Positions 1 through 11,365 are shown, numbered from the stretch's first letter. The stretch is 64,000 bases of DNA from Gammaproteobacteria bacterium (GCA_965222155.1 CBDCTH010000012.1:1280001-1344000), one strand, 5' to 3'. Numbers and translations are program-made. Notes: generated by a model not told the origin, from the letters alone.

Positions 1-169
1 GACACCGCTGGCTGATACAACATAGAAAACCCGCCCCCGGATCAAGGCGGGATACGTGAATACTTACCGGGTTACGACAGGTGGTTTACGGCTGAACCGC
101 AATGAGGCACCTGTGGGCATATCCAACCGATGCACAACTGCGCATCGGTTGGATTGACATTAGCTGTTT

Positions 170-838
170 TCAGTCTCTGCCGGCAAATGCACCGAGCAGG
201 TGCAGCAGGCTGGTGAACAGGTTAAAGATGGCGACGTACAGGGTTATCGTGGCCATGATGTAGTTGGTTTCGCCACCGTGGATCATCTCACTGGTCTGGT
301 ACAGGATCAGGCCGGACATCAACAGGATGAATATGGCTGACACGGCCAGCGCCATGACCGGTATGCTGAATATGGCAGCGCAGATCCCCATCAAGAAGGC
401 GACCAGTATCCCGACCATGAGGAACCCGCCCATGAAACTGAAGTCCTTGCGGGTGGTCAGGGCATAGCCGGACAATCCAAGAAAGATAACGCCGGTGCCG
501 CCCAAGGCCAGCATTACCAGTTGCCCGCCGTTCGAGAAGTATTGCATATAGGCGTTCAGGAATGGCCCTAAGGTCAGGCCCATGAAACCGGTCAGGGCAA
601 ACACCGCAGCCAGTCCCCAGGCGCTGTTTCTCAGTGCAGACGTCAGGTACAACAGACCGAAATAGCCTCCCAGGGTAATGAGCAGGCCCATGCTGGGAAA
701 GTTTAATACAATGGAGATGCCCGCCGTCAGCGCACTGAACAGTAAGGTAAGGGACAGCAGGATATAGGTATTACGTATCAACTTGTTCGTGGCCAGCACC
801 GACGGGGCCGGTTGCGCTACTGCATAACGTTGATTCAT
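170..838 (-). CDS. yccA: Bax inhibitor-1/YccA family membrane protein
   Basis: 222 aa with about 7 hydrophobic segments, 'NKLIRNTYILLSLTL' N-terminus and 'GGETNYIMAT..LY..IFNLF' C-terminus; lies next to tRNA-Ser(TGA) as in other Gammaproteobacteria. Confidence 0.92.
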   Translation of the reverse strand: MNQRYAVAQPAPSVLATNKLIRNTYILLSLTLLFSALTAGISIVLNFPSMGLLITLGGYFGLLYLTSALRNSAWGLAAVFALTGFMGLTLGPFLNAYMQYFSNGGQLVMLALGGTGVIFLGLSGYALTTRKDFSFMGGFLMVGILVAFLMGICAAIFSIPVMALAVSAIFILLMSGLILYQTSEMIHGGETNYIMATITLYVAIFNLFTSLLHLLGAFAGRD

Positions 839-1130
839 TTCAAACCTCCGGTGATTATAAAAATAACAGAATCATATTAAGTGCTATAACGTTGCTTTTC
901 AAGTTATAGCACTTAATATATGGTGACTTCTACTCCCTGTATACTAGCGCAGAATTTTGAAAATTCAATAACAATATAAAGCCGGGATATACGGGTTGTG
1001 ATAATATCCCGCATTCTGTCCTGCAGAGAGGCTGGCCCGCAAGGGTGACCTACAGGGAAGTAGGTCACAGTGCATCGGTCTGCGGTGCGTAGTAACCTGG
1101 ACTACGTTGAAAATATCGAGTATCCAGTTT

Positions 1131-1221
1131 GGAGAGGTGGCAGAGCGGTTGAATGCACCGGTCTTGAAAACCGGCAAGGGTTAGTAGCCCTTCGTGGGTT
1201 CGAATCCCACCCTCTCCGCCA
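1131..1221 (+). tRNA. tRNA-Ser (anticodon TGA)
   Basis: GGAGAGG...CCTCTCC-GCCA acceptor stem, anticodon arm CCGGT-CTTGAAA-ACCGG, long variable arm, GGTTCGAATCC T-arm, encoded CCA. Confidence 0.97.
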
Positions 1222-1290
1222 TAGGTGTTACGAAATTGTTGCTAAAATAGGGCTTTCGCGCCAACTCCTTGAATATTCGGGAGTATTTTT

Positions 1291-1560
1291 ATGAGCGCCC
1301 GCCCGAGAGTGCCTGTCGATGTATCGAATCCCTTAACTGACACCGCGGGTAGGATTCAGGTCAATCATTGCCGTATGCCGGATTGCGACAATTATGGTGT
1401 CGCGGCCCGCACGACCCCTGTCAAACCCGGCCCGTCTACAGACAACGACCCGCATTACAAGGTCGCCAGTACCAACAAGGGTCGGGTGTCCGCGCTGGTT
1501 TGCAAGTGTTGCGGTGAGAAACCGCCCATTAAATCCAACCAAGGGATTGCCGAGTATTGA
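1291..1560 (+). pseudogene. Truncated Zn-ribbon DDE-like transposase (N-terminal part)
   Basis: IQVNHCRMPDCDNYG...LVCKCCGEKPPIKSN is near-identical to the N-terminus of 11475-; ORF stops just before the IS5 insertion. Confidence 0.75.
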
Positions 1561-2008
1561 CAACAACGCCGAGACCGGTCCTAATTAGTCGTCCCTGAAT
1601 AACCCCAAAAGCTATTCTAACCTATTGATTATATTTATGTAACCTGCATTTTTTCCTGCATTTTTTCCTGGACTGATATTGCCGGTTTTGGTATCATGGA
1701 CCTTCATTTTCTTGCAATATCGGAGATAAAAATGACGCCCAGACAACCTGACGCCGCTACCCGCACCTCAACCGACCTGTTCCGCGAACGCCTGGACACT
1801 ATGCTCAACCAACGCCATGCTTTATATCGCCTGGCCGACCGGGTGGACTGGTCGGTGTTTGATAAGGCATTCGGTGCGCGGTACTGCCCGGATAACGGCT
1901 GTCCGGGGAAACCGACCCGGTTGCTGGTGGGGTTGCACTATCTGACGCATTGTTACGGGTTATCCGATGAGGCGGTGGTGTCGGGCTGGGTGGAGAATCC
2001 GTACTGGC

Positions 2009-3868
2009 GTGTGCCACGAACATCAGCGGGGACGCTGATGGAGCTGTGTTGAAGATGGGAGTGTGGCCTCCCGGAGTCGGCCTGCAGGGGCAGGCTCCAA
2101 ACCACCGCCTGCTGCTGCGTGTAAGAGACGTGGTGGTGAGCGATGAGGAAAAGGCGGCAATAAAGCCGTCAGGTGAGTGATGAGAAGATGCGCGCGAGCG
2201 AACCGCTGATGACGCATCGAAATGGGGTCAAGACGCGGTCAAAACGGGTGCCGGTCAGTAGCACCCGGATAAGTGTGGACGGTGCCTGCGTACGCTCTGC
2301 GCGCCACCCGGTGATTAGGCGGCATGCTCGCATCACAGGCGTCAACACGGCACGTGGGCACCTGGCATGGGGTGGTAAGGAAAAGCCACAAGTGGCTCAC
2401 ACCACGAGGGAGAATACCGATACCCATGACAGGGTCGGAGCAACCCGTAGTAGTGCCGAAGGGGCGGTAATGGCGCTGGAGCGAAGGGGTTGCGTTATCC
2501 AGTCTGAGCCGTCACATCAACCGGGCCGAGCGGGAGGAGTGTGAGGGGTTCAGACAAACCGTTACCGGTCACCAGGCGCAGGGTCTGGGAGGCCTATACG
2601 TGGGTGAACGGGAAGGGAAAAGCGGCGGGCGTCGAGGGCCAGCGCCTCGCTGACGTTGCTCAGGACCTTGAGACTAACCTGTACAAGTTGTGGAATCGGC
2701 TGGCGTCGGGCAGTTACTTCCCGCCACCGGTACGGCGTGTAGCGATTCCCAAGGCCGCGGGCGGGGGCCGACCGCTGGGTAGTCCGACGGTCTCGGACCG
2801 CATGGCACAGAGGGTGGTCAAGCAGTATCTGGAGCCGGAGTGGGAGGTACTGTTCGACTCTGATTCCTACGGCTTCGGACCGGGCAAATCGGCCCATCAA
2901 GCGGTGGAGCAGGCGCGTAGGCGCGGCTGGGAATAGGACGGGGTCGTAGACCTCGACATGAAAGGCTTTTATGACACGATTGACCAGGAGCTGCTGAGGC
3001 GTGCGGTTCGCCGGCACACCCAGGAGAACGGGGTGCTGAGCTACATCGAACGATGGCTGAAAGCGCCGGTGGAAGTACCCGAGGGGTCAAGTCAGGAAAG
3101 ACTGACCGGCACGCTGCAAGGCGGGGTGGTCAGTCCGCTGCGGGCGAATGTGTGTCTGCATTATGCGTTGGACCAATGGCTGCGACGGAGTTACCCGAAC
3201 GTCCCGGTCGAGCGCTATGCTGATGACGCTGTTTGCCATTGCCGCACGCGGTGGCAGGCGGAGAAGCTGAAGTCGGCGCTGGAGGAGCGATGTGCCACCT
3301 GCCAGTTGACGCTACACCCGGAGAAGACCCAGGTGGTCTACTGCCAGGACAGCAATCGACGGGGGTCTTAGTCCCACCTCCGGTTCACCTTTCTTGGCTG
3401 TTGCTTCCGACCGCGCAGGGCAAAGAACCGTTGGGGGAAGCTCTTGACCAACTTCCTGCCGGCGGTAAGCCCGCAAGCACTCAAACGGATGCGGGCCCGA
3501 ATACGGAGGTGGCGCGTGCCGCAGCATGCGCCATGACCGCTGGAAGATAGTGCGCGTAGTCTCAATCCCGTTCTACGGGGCTGGGATCAGTACGACGGGC
3601 GATGCTACCCCACAGAGATGTGGACACTGTTCAAGTACGTTGACGAGCGACTCGGGGCCTGGCGCCGAAGGAAGTATAAGTCGCGCAAAGAGCACCGCGG
3701 GCGTAGCCGGCGGAGAGTGAACAACCGGGCCCGGCGAAACCCGTATCTTGTTGTCCATTGGGAACGACTTGGTCATGCAACGGTTGGATAACAAGAGCCG
3801 GATGAATCGAGAGATTCACGTTCGGTTCTGTGAGGGGCTGGGGGTGAAACTCCCCCGGTCTACTCGAC
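2009..3868 (+). mobile_element. Group II intron (bacterial class D-like)
   Basis: 5' GTGTG; domain V/VI GAGCCGGATGAATCGAGAGATTCACGTTCGGTTC...CTACTCGAC 3' end; loop GTCAGTA (2254-2260) complementary to the 5' exon end TACTGGC. Confidence 0.9.
2541..3790 (+). pseudogene. Group II intron reverse transcriptase/maturase, inactivated
   Basis: NLYKLWNRLASGSYFPPPVRRVAIPK, GTLQGGVVSP and RYADD motifs, split by in-frame stops (2934, 3369, 3535). Confidence 0.88.
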
Positions 3869-5056
3869 AGTCTGTCTGCGGGGCGGTGTACGTTCAGCAT
3901 GAGGCGCCGGTCGACCCGAGCAGCCTGACGCGCTGTCGCCGACGCATTGGGGAGTCGGGGTGTGCGCGGATTTTACAGGTGACGGTGGTGGCGGGGGTGC
4001 AGAGCAAGGCAGTGAAGACGACGGACTTCAAACGGGTGACGGTGGATACCACGGTACAGGAGATAAGCGGTGAGTTATGCGACCGACAGCAAGTTGCTGA
4101 ATCGGTCACGAGCGCGTCGGGTACGGTGATGTCGCAAGCAGGGGGTCACAGTACGTCAGAGCACTGCCCGCCAGGGACCCAAGGCGCTGCAACAGGCCAA
4201 TCGCTACGGTCATGCCAAACAGTATCGGCGGCTGCGGCGCGAGGTGAAGCGATTACGCACCTCCCCCTGCTCAACTCCATACAGGGGCAGGCTCTGGGGC
4301 GGGTGGTGCGTGACAGTGAGCGTAACACCGCGGGCAATCCGGCACAGCAGCGTATCTTTGCCGATGAATTGGCCTTAGCCAAGCGGCTGCTGGCGCAGCA
4401 GAAACAGGATAAACACAAGCTGTACAGCCTGCACGACCCGGAGGTGGAATGTATCAGTAAAGGGAAGGCGCACAAGCGGTATGAATTCGGGGTGAAGGCG
4501 AGTATTGCCACCACGAACAAGAGTAACTTCGTGGTGGGGGGTATGGCCTTGCCGGGCAGTCCGTATGACGGGCACACCTTGAAGGAAGCCCTGGCACAGG
4601 TGCGGCGCTTGACCGGGACGAGTATTGATGAGGCGTTTGTGGACAAGGGGCTATCGGGGGCATGATGAAACGGCGAGTACGGTGTATATCTCCGGGCAGA
4701 AGCGCGGCATTAAAACCCAACGATTGAAACGGTCGCTCAAGCGCCGCCAGGCAATTGAACCGGTCATCGGTCATTTGAAAGCCGACGGGCTGTTAGGGCG
4801 CAATCACCTGAACGGGACACAAGGCGACCAATTAAATGTCCTGTTGAGTTGTGCTGGCCACAACCTGCGCCTGATCCTGAGACGACTCAGGTTTTTTTGT
4901 CTCGAAAAAAGGATACTTATACTGGCTTGGCTCCGCGTGTTGGTGCCCGCAGAGCGTCTGTCAGGCATCGGCACACAGTTGAACCAAAAGCTGGCTGGTC
5001 TGGCTCCGCTACCGACGCCCATAATGGCAGCCTGAAATCGGGTTTTTCAGGATCGA

Positions 5057-5344
5057 CTAACTATTTGTTCCAGTTCAGTTTATGTGCCATATGCGCCTGT
5101 TATTTCCCCTTACCCCCCCTTTTTGCAATCAAAATCAAGGTGGTAACATCCCCATGCCAGTTTGATGATATTACTCTCCTGATTCGCTGTAGTCTGCTTG
5201 TGCAACGTCTGATACTTCTTCCTTAAAGTCCTTTTGTGGCGTATGAAAATCGCTGTTTAAGCCTATTGAAAGCACGTCTTTTGTAACAGTTTCCCTTTAT
5301 TATCAGTAGGCTCCGTCAGGCTGGACTGGTCTGACCCTATACTG
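5057..5344 (+). repeat. MITE-like repeat copy A (left end missing, abuts IS5)
   Basis: Near-identical to 5883-6190. Confidence 0.8.
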
Positions 5345-5430
5345 GTATCACACATTAAAGGGAACCTCTATTTATTTAGCCCATGATATAATATCGGTGA
5401 CTGATTTCAACACGTTGGTATGGAGATGCT

Positions 5431-5875
5431 ATGAAGACACAAGACCTGTTCGGTTCCTTTTTTGACCCTCAAGACAAACGACTGGCTAAACTGGGTGATC
5501 CGTTACTGCGCTTAGCGGAGACGGTAGACTGGGAGCAGTTTCGGCCGCTGTTGGAGCAGGTCAAGCCATCGGTGCGCAAGAGCAATGCGGGGGCGCCGCG
5601 GCGGGATGTGGTGCTGATGTTCAAGGGGTTGGTGATACAGGATTTGTACGGATTGAGTGATGAACAGTTGGAGTATCAGATTGAGGACCAGCGTAGTTTT
5701 CAGCGATTTTTGGGGTTGGACAGTTATCGTCGGGCACCGGATGCGAAGACGTTCTGGGCGTTTCGGGAGCGGCTGGTGGCGTTAGGGCTGATGGGAGATT
5801 TGTTTGAGCAGTTTGCAGGGCAGTTACAGGGTTTGGGGTATCGGGCACGCAAGGGGCAGTTGGTAGATGCCTATC
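5431..5875 (+). pseudogene. Second IS5-family transposase, N-terminal fragment
   Basis: DPLLRL..VDWEQFR, YGLSDEQLEYQI.D..SFQRFLG, PDAKT.W.FRE; truncated at MITE copy B. Confidence 0.8.
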
Positions 5876-5882
5876 GGGCGCT

Positions 5883-6190
5883 CAGGATAGGGTCGGACCC
5901 GCCTAACTATTTGTTCCAGTTCAGTTTATGTGCCATATGCGCCTGTTATTTCCCCTTACCCCCCCTTTTTGCCATCAAAATCAAGGTGGTAACATCCCCA
6001 TGCCAGTTTGATGATATTACTCTCCTGATTCGCTGTAGTCTGCTTGTGCAACGTCTGATACTTCCTCCTTAAAGTCCTTTTTTGGCGTATGAAAATCGCT
6101 GTTTAAGCCTATTGAAAGCACGTCTTTTGTAACAGTTTCCCTTTATTATCAGTAGGCTCCGTCAGGCTGGACTGGTCTGACCCTATACTG
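5883..6190 (+). mobile_element. MITE-like element copy B (~308 bp, complete)
   Basis: 17-bp imperfect TIRs CAGGATAGGGTCGGACC / GGTCTGACCCTATACTG; no credible ORF; multicopy. Confidence 0.75.
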
Positions 6191-6677
6191 TAAACTAAAA
6201 CCATGGCACACCGCAAAAAAATGAACATCCGTGACCTGAACCGCAACCAACTGATCAAAACCAGCACGGCAAACTCCGTATGCAAATCCGGCACGAACTA
6301 CAGCACAACGAACACCCTTTTTAACCAGTACAAACCCAATCCGGTCCACACTCTGCTATAAACCATGAACATCCCTTTTTTGCATCGGCCCTCTTCATCA
6401 GTTTACTGGTTGCGATCAGACATCAAACACCTCAGAGATGATTTGAAAGAACGTCTGGACAAACAGGAGGAACGATTAAGTGATCTCTCACCCAGGTAGC
6501 TGCGCTCAAAGCCACGATAGAAACATTCTTCCGGGTCCGAATTATCCGCCGCCATCGCCGGAAAAACACGACCAGGCCGCCTGACCTCGCCGTCAAGACC
6601 AACAAAACACACGCAACCTCTCAACCGGCCCGACACCGACAATAAACACCGCGCGCCGCACCCTGCCTGCGGGCGCT

Positions 6678-6938
6678 CAGGATAGGGTCGGACCCGCCTA
6701 ACTATTTGTTCCAGTTCAGTTTATGTGCCAATGCGCCTGTTACCTTACCCCCCCTTTTTGCCATCAAAATCAAGGTGGTAACATCCCCATGCCAGTTTGA
6801 TGATATTACTCTCCTGATTCGCTGTAGTCTGCTGCAACGTCTGACAGTCCTTTTTTGGCGTATGAAAACTGTTTAAGCCTATTGAAAGCACGTCTTTTGT
6901 AACAGTTTCCCTTTATTATCAGTATCCGTCAGGCTGAC
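6678..6938 (+). repeat. MITE-like repeat copy C (internal deletions)
   Basis: Same sequence as copy B with patchy small deletions. Confidence 0.7.
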
Positions 6939-7393
6939 TCGTATTTCACAGCAAAGCTGCCACCGATTACACGGCAAAGCTGCCACCCCCAAGCAGGTAG
7001 ATAACCGGCGCGTTTGACGTGGATAACCAAGGGTATCTGTCCTTATTTCTACTGAAACAGGTAGATGCGCTCAAATGGTTGTCCATGAGAAAGATAAAAG
7101 ACGTATTACGCCTGTGCTGGAGACATAGCAAACACAGGAGTTGTGGCATCTTCAGCCGAGATTGATTTGGAAAGCCCCAACCTGGTCACACATTCATCGG
7201 GAAACCGGAATGAACGATCACCCGCAAGGCTATCAACGGATCGTCAGGCTGGTACGCCAGGTAGCCTGCGCTCAAAGCCAACCGGGGAAGTCGTGAGGCA
7301 GAGGTGTTTGTGGCAGCGCTGGGCGCGTCGAACTACACCTATGCCGAGGCCACCTGGACCCAGGGCCTGGAAGATTGGATCGGCGCCCACGTC
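6939..7393 (+). mobile_element. IS21-family remnant
   Basis: Terminal direct repeats GCAAAGCTGCCACC (6951-6964, 6974-6987); IstA-like fragments 'LSMRKIKDVLRL' and '[33 protein letters not shown]'. Confidence 0.7.
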
Positions 7394-7588
7394 TTCCGGG
7401 TCCGAATTGATCCGCCGCCATCGCCGGAAAAACACGACCAGGCCGCCTGACCTCGCCGTCAAAGACCAACAAAACACACGCAACAACCGGCCTCTGCCAC
7501 CGACAATAAATACCGCCGAGTGGAAGCAGGCGCGGGATCGACTACACCGACAATAAACACCGCGCGCCGCACCCTGCCTGCGGGCGCT

Positions 7589-7969
7589 CAGGATAGGGTC
7601 GGACCCGCCTAACTATTTGTTCCAGTTCAGTTTATGTGCCATATGCGCCAGTTGTTATTTCCCCTTACCCCCCCTCGCCGAGCAGACCGAGTTTTGCCAT
7701 CAAAATCAAGGTGGTAACATCCCCATGCCAGTTTGATGATATTACTCTCCTGATTCGCTGTAGTCTGCTTGTGCAACGTCTGATACTTCCTCCTTAAAGT
7801 CCTTTTTTGGACTCCTCCAGGACAACGTATCGCCAAGGGCTTAAAGTCCTTTTTTGGCTGTTTAAGTTTAAGCCTATTGAAAGCACGTCTTTTGTAACAG
7901 TTTCCCTTTATTATCAGTAGGCTCCGTCAGGCTGGACTGGTCTGACCCTATACTGGTGACCCTATACTG
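7589..7969 (+). repeat. MITE-like repeat copy D (insertions, duplicated right end)
   Basis: Same TIRs and body as copy B. Confidence 0.72.
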
Positions 7970-8014
7970 GTATCGATAGCAGCGGCAGGTCTTATCTCCT
8001 GTATGGGTTGACAT

Positions 8015-8054
8015 CTGTACGTTCATTACATATTATATTGTTATTAACGAACAG
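8015..8054. promoter_or_regulatory. Inverted-repeat operator in the AbiE promoter
   Basis: CTGTACGTTCATTACA...TGTTATTAACGAACAG (13/16) directly after TTGACA at 8008. Confidence 0.55.
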
Positions 8055-8075
8055 TTATCAGGGTGTTTAAATTCC

Positions 8076-8612
8076 ATGAACCAGGTCCGTGCCATTCACC
8101 GGTTAACGGCTCAGGACAGGCAGGGCAGGCAGGTATTCACTCATCGCGACCTCGCCACACTGTTCCCTGAGGACAACCCGCGCACGCTTCAGGCCGGCCT
8201 GGACAGGCTTGTCAAAAACGGTGTGCTGGTGCGCGCCGTGAACGGGGTCTATATCAATGCATTGTCGGCCGGCGGGTTTACTCACACGCTGGAAAACATT
8301 GCCAAGGCGATGCGCCGGGGCGAATACAGCTATGTCAGCCTCGAGTCCGCGTTATCCGAGTATGGGGTGATCTCGCAGATTCCGATGCGCCTGACCATCA
8401 TGACCACCGGTCGAAAAGGCGAGGTCACTACCTCATTCGGCACCATTGAGTTCACGCACACGGCACGCCCAGTGCATGACATTCTTGATGATATTCACGA
8501 TGTCGGCAGGCCGCTCAGACTGGCCGGCAAGCACAAGGCCTGTCGCGACCTCAGGCGGGTGGGGCGCAATACAGAACTTATTGATGAGGAGATGCTCCAT
8601 GAAAGTGACTGA
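8076..8612 (+). CDS. Type IV TA antitoxin, AbiEi family
   Basis: N-terminal wHTH (L.RLVKNGVLVRAVNGVY); SYVSLESALSEYGVISQIP motif; overlaps the toxin start. Confidence 0.85.
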   Translation: MNQVRAIHRLTAQDRQGRQVFTHRDLATLFPEDNPRTLQAGLDRLVKNGVLVRAVNGVYINALSAGGFTHTLENIAKAMRRGEYSYVSLESALSEYGVISQIPMRLTIMTTGRKGEVTTSFGTIEFTHTARPVHDILDDIHDVGRPLRLAGKHKACRDLRRVGRNTELIDEEMLHESD

Positions 8613-9528
8613 GGTGGATTTCGACACACTGGTTGACAGGGCAATGAGTGACCCGCATGTTGCCGACATGGGTCCCGTCATTCGAAAGGAACTGTTGCAC
8701 TACGACATTCTGTTCTGTCTGGCTCAGTCCGGTATGCTGGATGATCTGGTCTTTCAGGGCGGCACATCATTACGCTTATGCTACGGTTCCAGGCGTTACA
8801 GCGAGGACCTGGATTTTGTGGGCGGCAGGGGGTTTACATCATCCGCCCTCAAAGACATGAAAAATTCTCTTGAAGATTATCTTGTTGCCCGGTACGGATT
8901 AGAGGTCACGGTTAAAGAACCCCCGGTTCTGAGGCAGGAACCGGATTATTCAGCGCTGAAAGTTGACAAGTGGCAAATATCAGTCGTGACCTATCCCGGA
9001 CGCCGTGACCTGCCCAGGCAACGCATCAAGATTGAGGTGGCCAACATTCCTGCCTACACGAGAGAAGTACTTCCATTGAGGAAAAACCACCCGTATTTGC
9101 CGGACGGCTACGATGATATCCTAATCGCCGTAGAGTCACTTGATGAGATTATGGCTGATAAGTTAGTGTCGCTTGCAGCGGCGGAGCATGTGCGCCATCG
9201 CGATATCTGGGATCTGTCGTGGCTGCAGCAACAGGGGGCCGGTATTCGATCTGATCTGGTAATGAGTAAGATTGATGACTACCGGGTAACCGGTTATCCG
9301 GCTCTGGTTGACAACATCATTGACCGATGCCCTTCTATCATAGATGGAGATTCCTTTCAAAATCAGATGAGACGGTTCCTGCCGACCGACATCCACAAGC
9401 AGACTCTGGGCAAGAACAGGCACAGGGGGGCACTGGCCGTTTCAATAACCGATTTGTATAAGGAGCTCAAACAGCGCTTGCTTGATGAGACAGACGACAA
9501 CGACGGCGGGGAGCAGTCACTTTCCTGA
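8599..9528 (+). CDS. Type IV TA toxin, AbiEii nucleotidyltransferase
   Basis: FQGGTSLRLCYGSRRYSEDLDF, ADKLVSL and RDIWDL motifs; ATG at 8599 overlaps the antitoxin end. Confidence 0.88.
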   Translation: MKVTEVDFDTLVDRAMSDPHVADMGPVIRKELLHYDILFCLAQSGMLDDLVFQGGTSLRLCYGSRRYSEDLDFVGGRGFTSSALKDMKNSLEDYLVARYGLEVTVKEPPVLRQEPDYSALKVDKWQISVVTYPGRRDLPRQRIKIEVANIPAYTREVLPLRKNHPYLPDGYDDILIAVESLDEIMADKLVSLAAAEHVRHRDIWDLSWLQQQGAGIRSDLVMSKIDDYRVTGYPALVDNIIDRCPSIIDGDSFQNQMRRFLPTDIHKQTLGKNRHRGALAVSITDLYKELKQRLLDETDDNDGGEQSLS

Positions 9529-9544
9529 ATTTGGGAACGCCTAG

Positions 9545-9554
9545 CTCTCCGCCA
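9545..9554 (+). repeat. Copy of tRNA-Ser 3' end (CTCTCCGCCA), putative target-site duplication
   Basis: Identical to 1212-1221 and 11396-11405. Confidence 0.85.
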
Positions 9555-9728
9555 TAGGCGTTCAAAATATACTGGCATAACAACAGGCCAGTCCCACCAT
9601 TTCCAATATTGTGATATAATGCACAATATACTTCACATAAACGTTAATAATGTCTATAATAGTGTTTGTTATAACTATTGTATCAACCTGTAATCAGTAT
9701 GAATCAGACACCAAATAAAGCCTATCAC

Positions 9729-10016
9729 ATGTCCATACATGTCAAGCGTGCATTACGTGAACTGGGCGATGATATCCGCAAGGCCAGACTACGCAGGCGC
9801 CTGCCGATGGCTGTTGTCGCCGAACGCGCATCTATCAGCCGCGCCACGCTTACCAAAATTGAACGGGGCGACGGTGGTGTTGCGCTGGGCAACTACGCAA
9901 TGGTGCTTCATGCCTTGGGGCTACTTGAAGGTTTGCGTGAATTGGCTGCTTCAACGAATGACATAGTAGGACTTGCACTAGAGGAAGAGAAGTTGCCGCG
10001 CAGGGTACGCATGTAA
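9729..10016 (+). CDS. XRE-family HTH antitoxin (HipB-like)
   Basis: IRKARLRRRL...VAERASISRATLTKIERGD; directly upstream of hipA. Confidence 0.82.
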   Translation: MSIHVKRALRELGDDIRKARLRRRLPMAVVAERASISRATLTKIERGDGGVALGNYAMVLHALGLLEGLRELAASTNDIVGLALEEEKLPRRVRM

Positions 10017-10033
10017 CGACAGTAGGAACCAAC

Positions 10034-11365
10034 ATGAATGAAGTGTACGTGTATGCTGATCTGGAAGGTGCGCCGCAATTTGTCGGACGTCTGTGGACAC
10101 GTTCGCGCAAATACCATGAAGCCGCATCATTTGAGTACGATAAAACGTGGCTGTCATCAATTCAAAGATTTGCTCTGGAACCGGCACTGGCGCTCGGTAA
10201 AGGAGCGTACCATACCAATCAATCAGAACGGATGTTTGGCGCCATGGGCGACTCGGCGCCAGATCGTTGGGGTCGCTCACTCATGCGGCGCGCCGAAAAC
10301 AAGCGGGCAAGGAAAGCAGGCGAGACACAACGCACATTGATGGAACGGGACTATCTTCTTGGAGTCAATGATATGGCCAGGCAGGGTGCCCTGCGGTTTG
10401 CAGAGAAGCAGGGGGGACCGTATCTGTCAGAACCTGACGGCGGGCGGGGAGGTGCCATACCCCCCCTTATTTTTCTGCCTCGCCTGCTTGCTGCATCAGA
10501 CAACATCATCAATGAGACGGAAAGCGATGATGACCTGAACCTGCTGCTGGCACCCGGGGCGTCATTGGGCGGTGCGCGTCCCAAGGCTTCAGTCTTGGAC
10601 AGGGATGGTCATTTGTTGATCGCCAAGTTCCCGCGCGGGGATGATGAACATAACAAGGTTTTGTGGGAAGCTGTTGCGCTGGAACTCGCCAAAAAAGCCG
10701 GTGTTCCTGTACCGGATTACGAGGTAACATATGTTGCTGAAAAACCTGTTCTGCTAGTCCGCCGTTTTGACAGAAATGCCGGTACCCGAGTCCCGTATTT
10801 ATCCGCCATGAGCATGCTTGGCGCACAGGACCATGAACATCACAGTTATCTGGAAATAGTTGATGCGCTTCGTCAGCATGGCGCCGAAGCGCGCGCGGAC
10901 ATTGCCCAATTATGGCGTCGTATCGTCTATAACGTGATGGTGACGAATACGGATGATCACTTGCGCAACCATGGTTTTTTATACCAGAAACAAACCGGTT
11001 GGAGGTTGTCGCCTGCGTTTGATCTCAATCCTAGGCCAATTGATGCGGGTCACCGCATACTAACGACAGCGATTGACCTTGATGATAACGAGGCATCTCT
11101 GGCACTGGCATTACGCGTAGCAGGGCATTTTGAGTTGACCCTTAATGACGCCATAGAAACAGCCCGTGAGGTGGCTCAGGCAGTATCCAAATGGCGAGAT
11201 GTGGCTACCAAATTCAAATTATCCAGACAAGAGATTGGGCGCATGTCTTCAGCGTTTGAACATCGGCATCTTCAAGATGCGCTGAACAATTCAGTGACAT
11301 CATCCCATTCTTTTCCTAGCGAAACCACGGAAAGAAAAGATATCAACAAACCACCAAAGAGATAG
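10034..11365 (+). CDS. hipA: HipA-family kinase toxin
   Basis: DSAPDRWGR, SLGGARPKA, RRFDR, NTDDHLRNHGFL and LSPAFDLNP motifs. Confidence 0.9.
   Translation: MNEVYVYADLEGAPQFVGRLWTRSRKYHEAASFEYDKTWLSSIQRFALEPALALGKGAYHTNQSERMFGAMGDSAPDRWGRSLMRRAENKRARKAGETQRTLMERDYLLGVNDMARQGALRFAEKQGGPYLSEPDGGRGGAIPPLIFLPRLLAASDNIINETESDDDLNLLLAPGASLGGARPKASVLDRDGHLLIAKFPRGDDEHNKVLWEAVALELAKKAGVPVPDYEVTYVAEKPVLLVRRFDRNAGTRVPYLSAMSMLGAQDHEHHSYLEIVDALRQHGAEARADIAQLWRRIVYNVMVTNTDDHLRNHGFLYQKQTGWRLSPAFDLNPRPIDAGHRILTTAIDLDDNEASLALALRVAGHFELTLNDAIETAREVAQAVSKWRDVATKFKLSRQEIGRMSSAFEHRHLQDALNNSVTSSHSFPSETTERKDINKPPKR

Larger units (their letters stand above)
1732..5035 (+). pseudogene. IS5-family transposase (exons 1732-2008 and 3869-5035, frameshifted)
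   Basis: Reading frame ENPYW-c|ag rejoins as Q..CG...QHE.P.DPSSLTR after removing 2009-3868; further frameshifts downstream. Confidence 0.85.
1585..5060 (+). mobile_element. IS5-family element interrupted by a group II intron
   Basis: Inverted ends TTAGTCGTCCCTGAATAACCC / GGGTTTTTCAGGATCGACTAA; transposase motifs LSDEAVV..WVENPYW, VDTTVQE, KGKAHKRYEFGVK, RRQAIEPVIGHLK. Confidence 0.88.
1222..9543. mobile_element. tRNA-3'-inserted TIR element, unit 1 (decayed; carries AbiE-type TA)
   Basis: Starts TAGGTGTTACGAAATT right after the tRNA CCA and ends AATTTGGGAACGCCTA (13/16 inverted match); followed by G+CTCTCCGCCA, a copy of the tRNA 3' end. Confidence 0.7.

Noticed and set aside
8446-8598. 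Extended N-terminus of the AbiEii ORF
   Set aside because: It overlaps the antitoxin; ATG 8599 with an upstream GAGGAG is the better start
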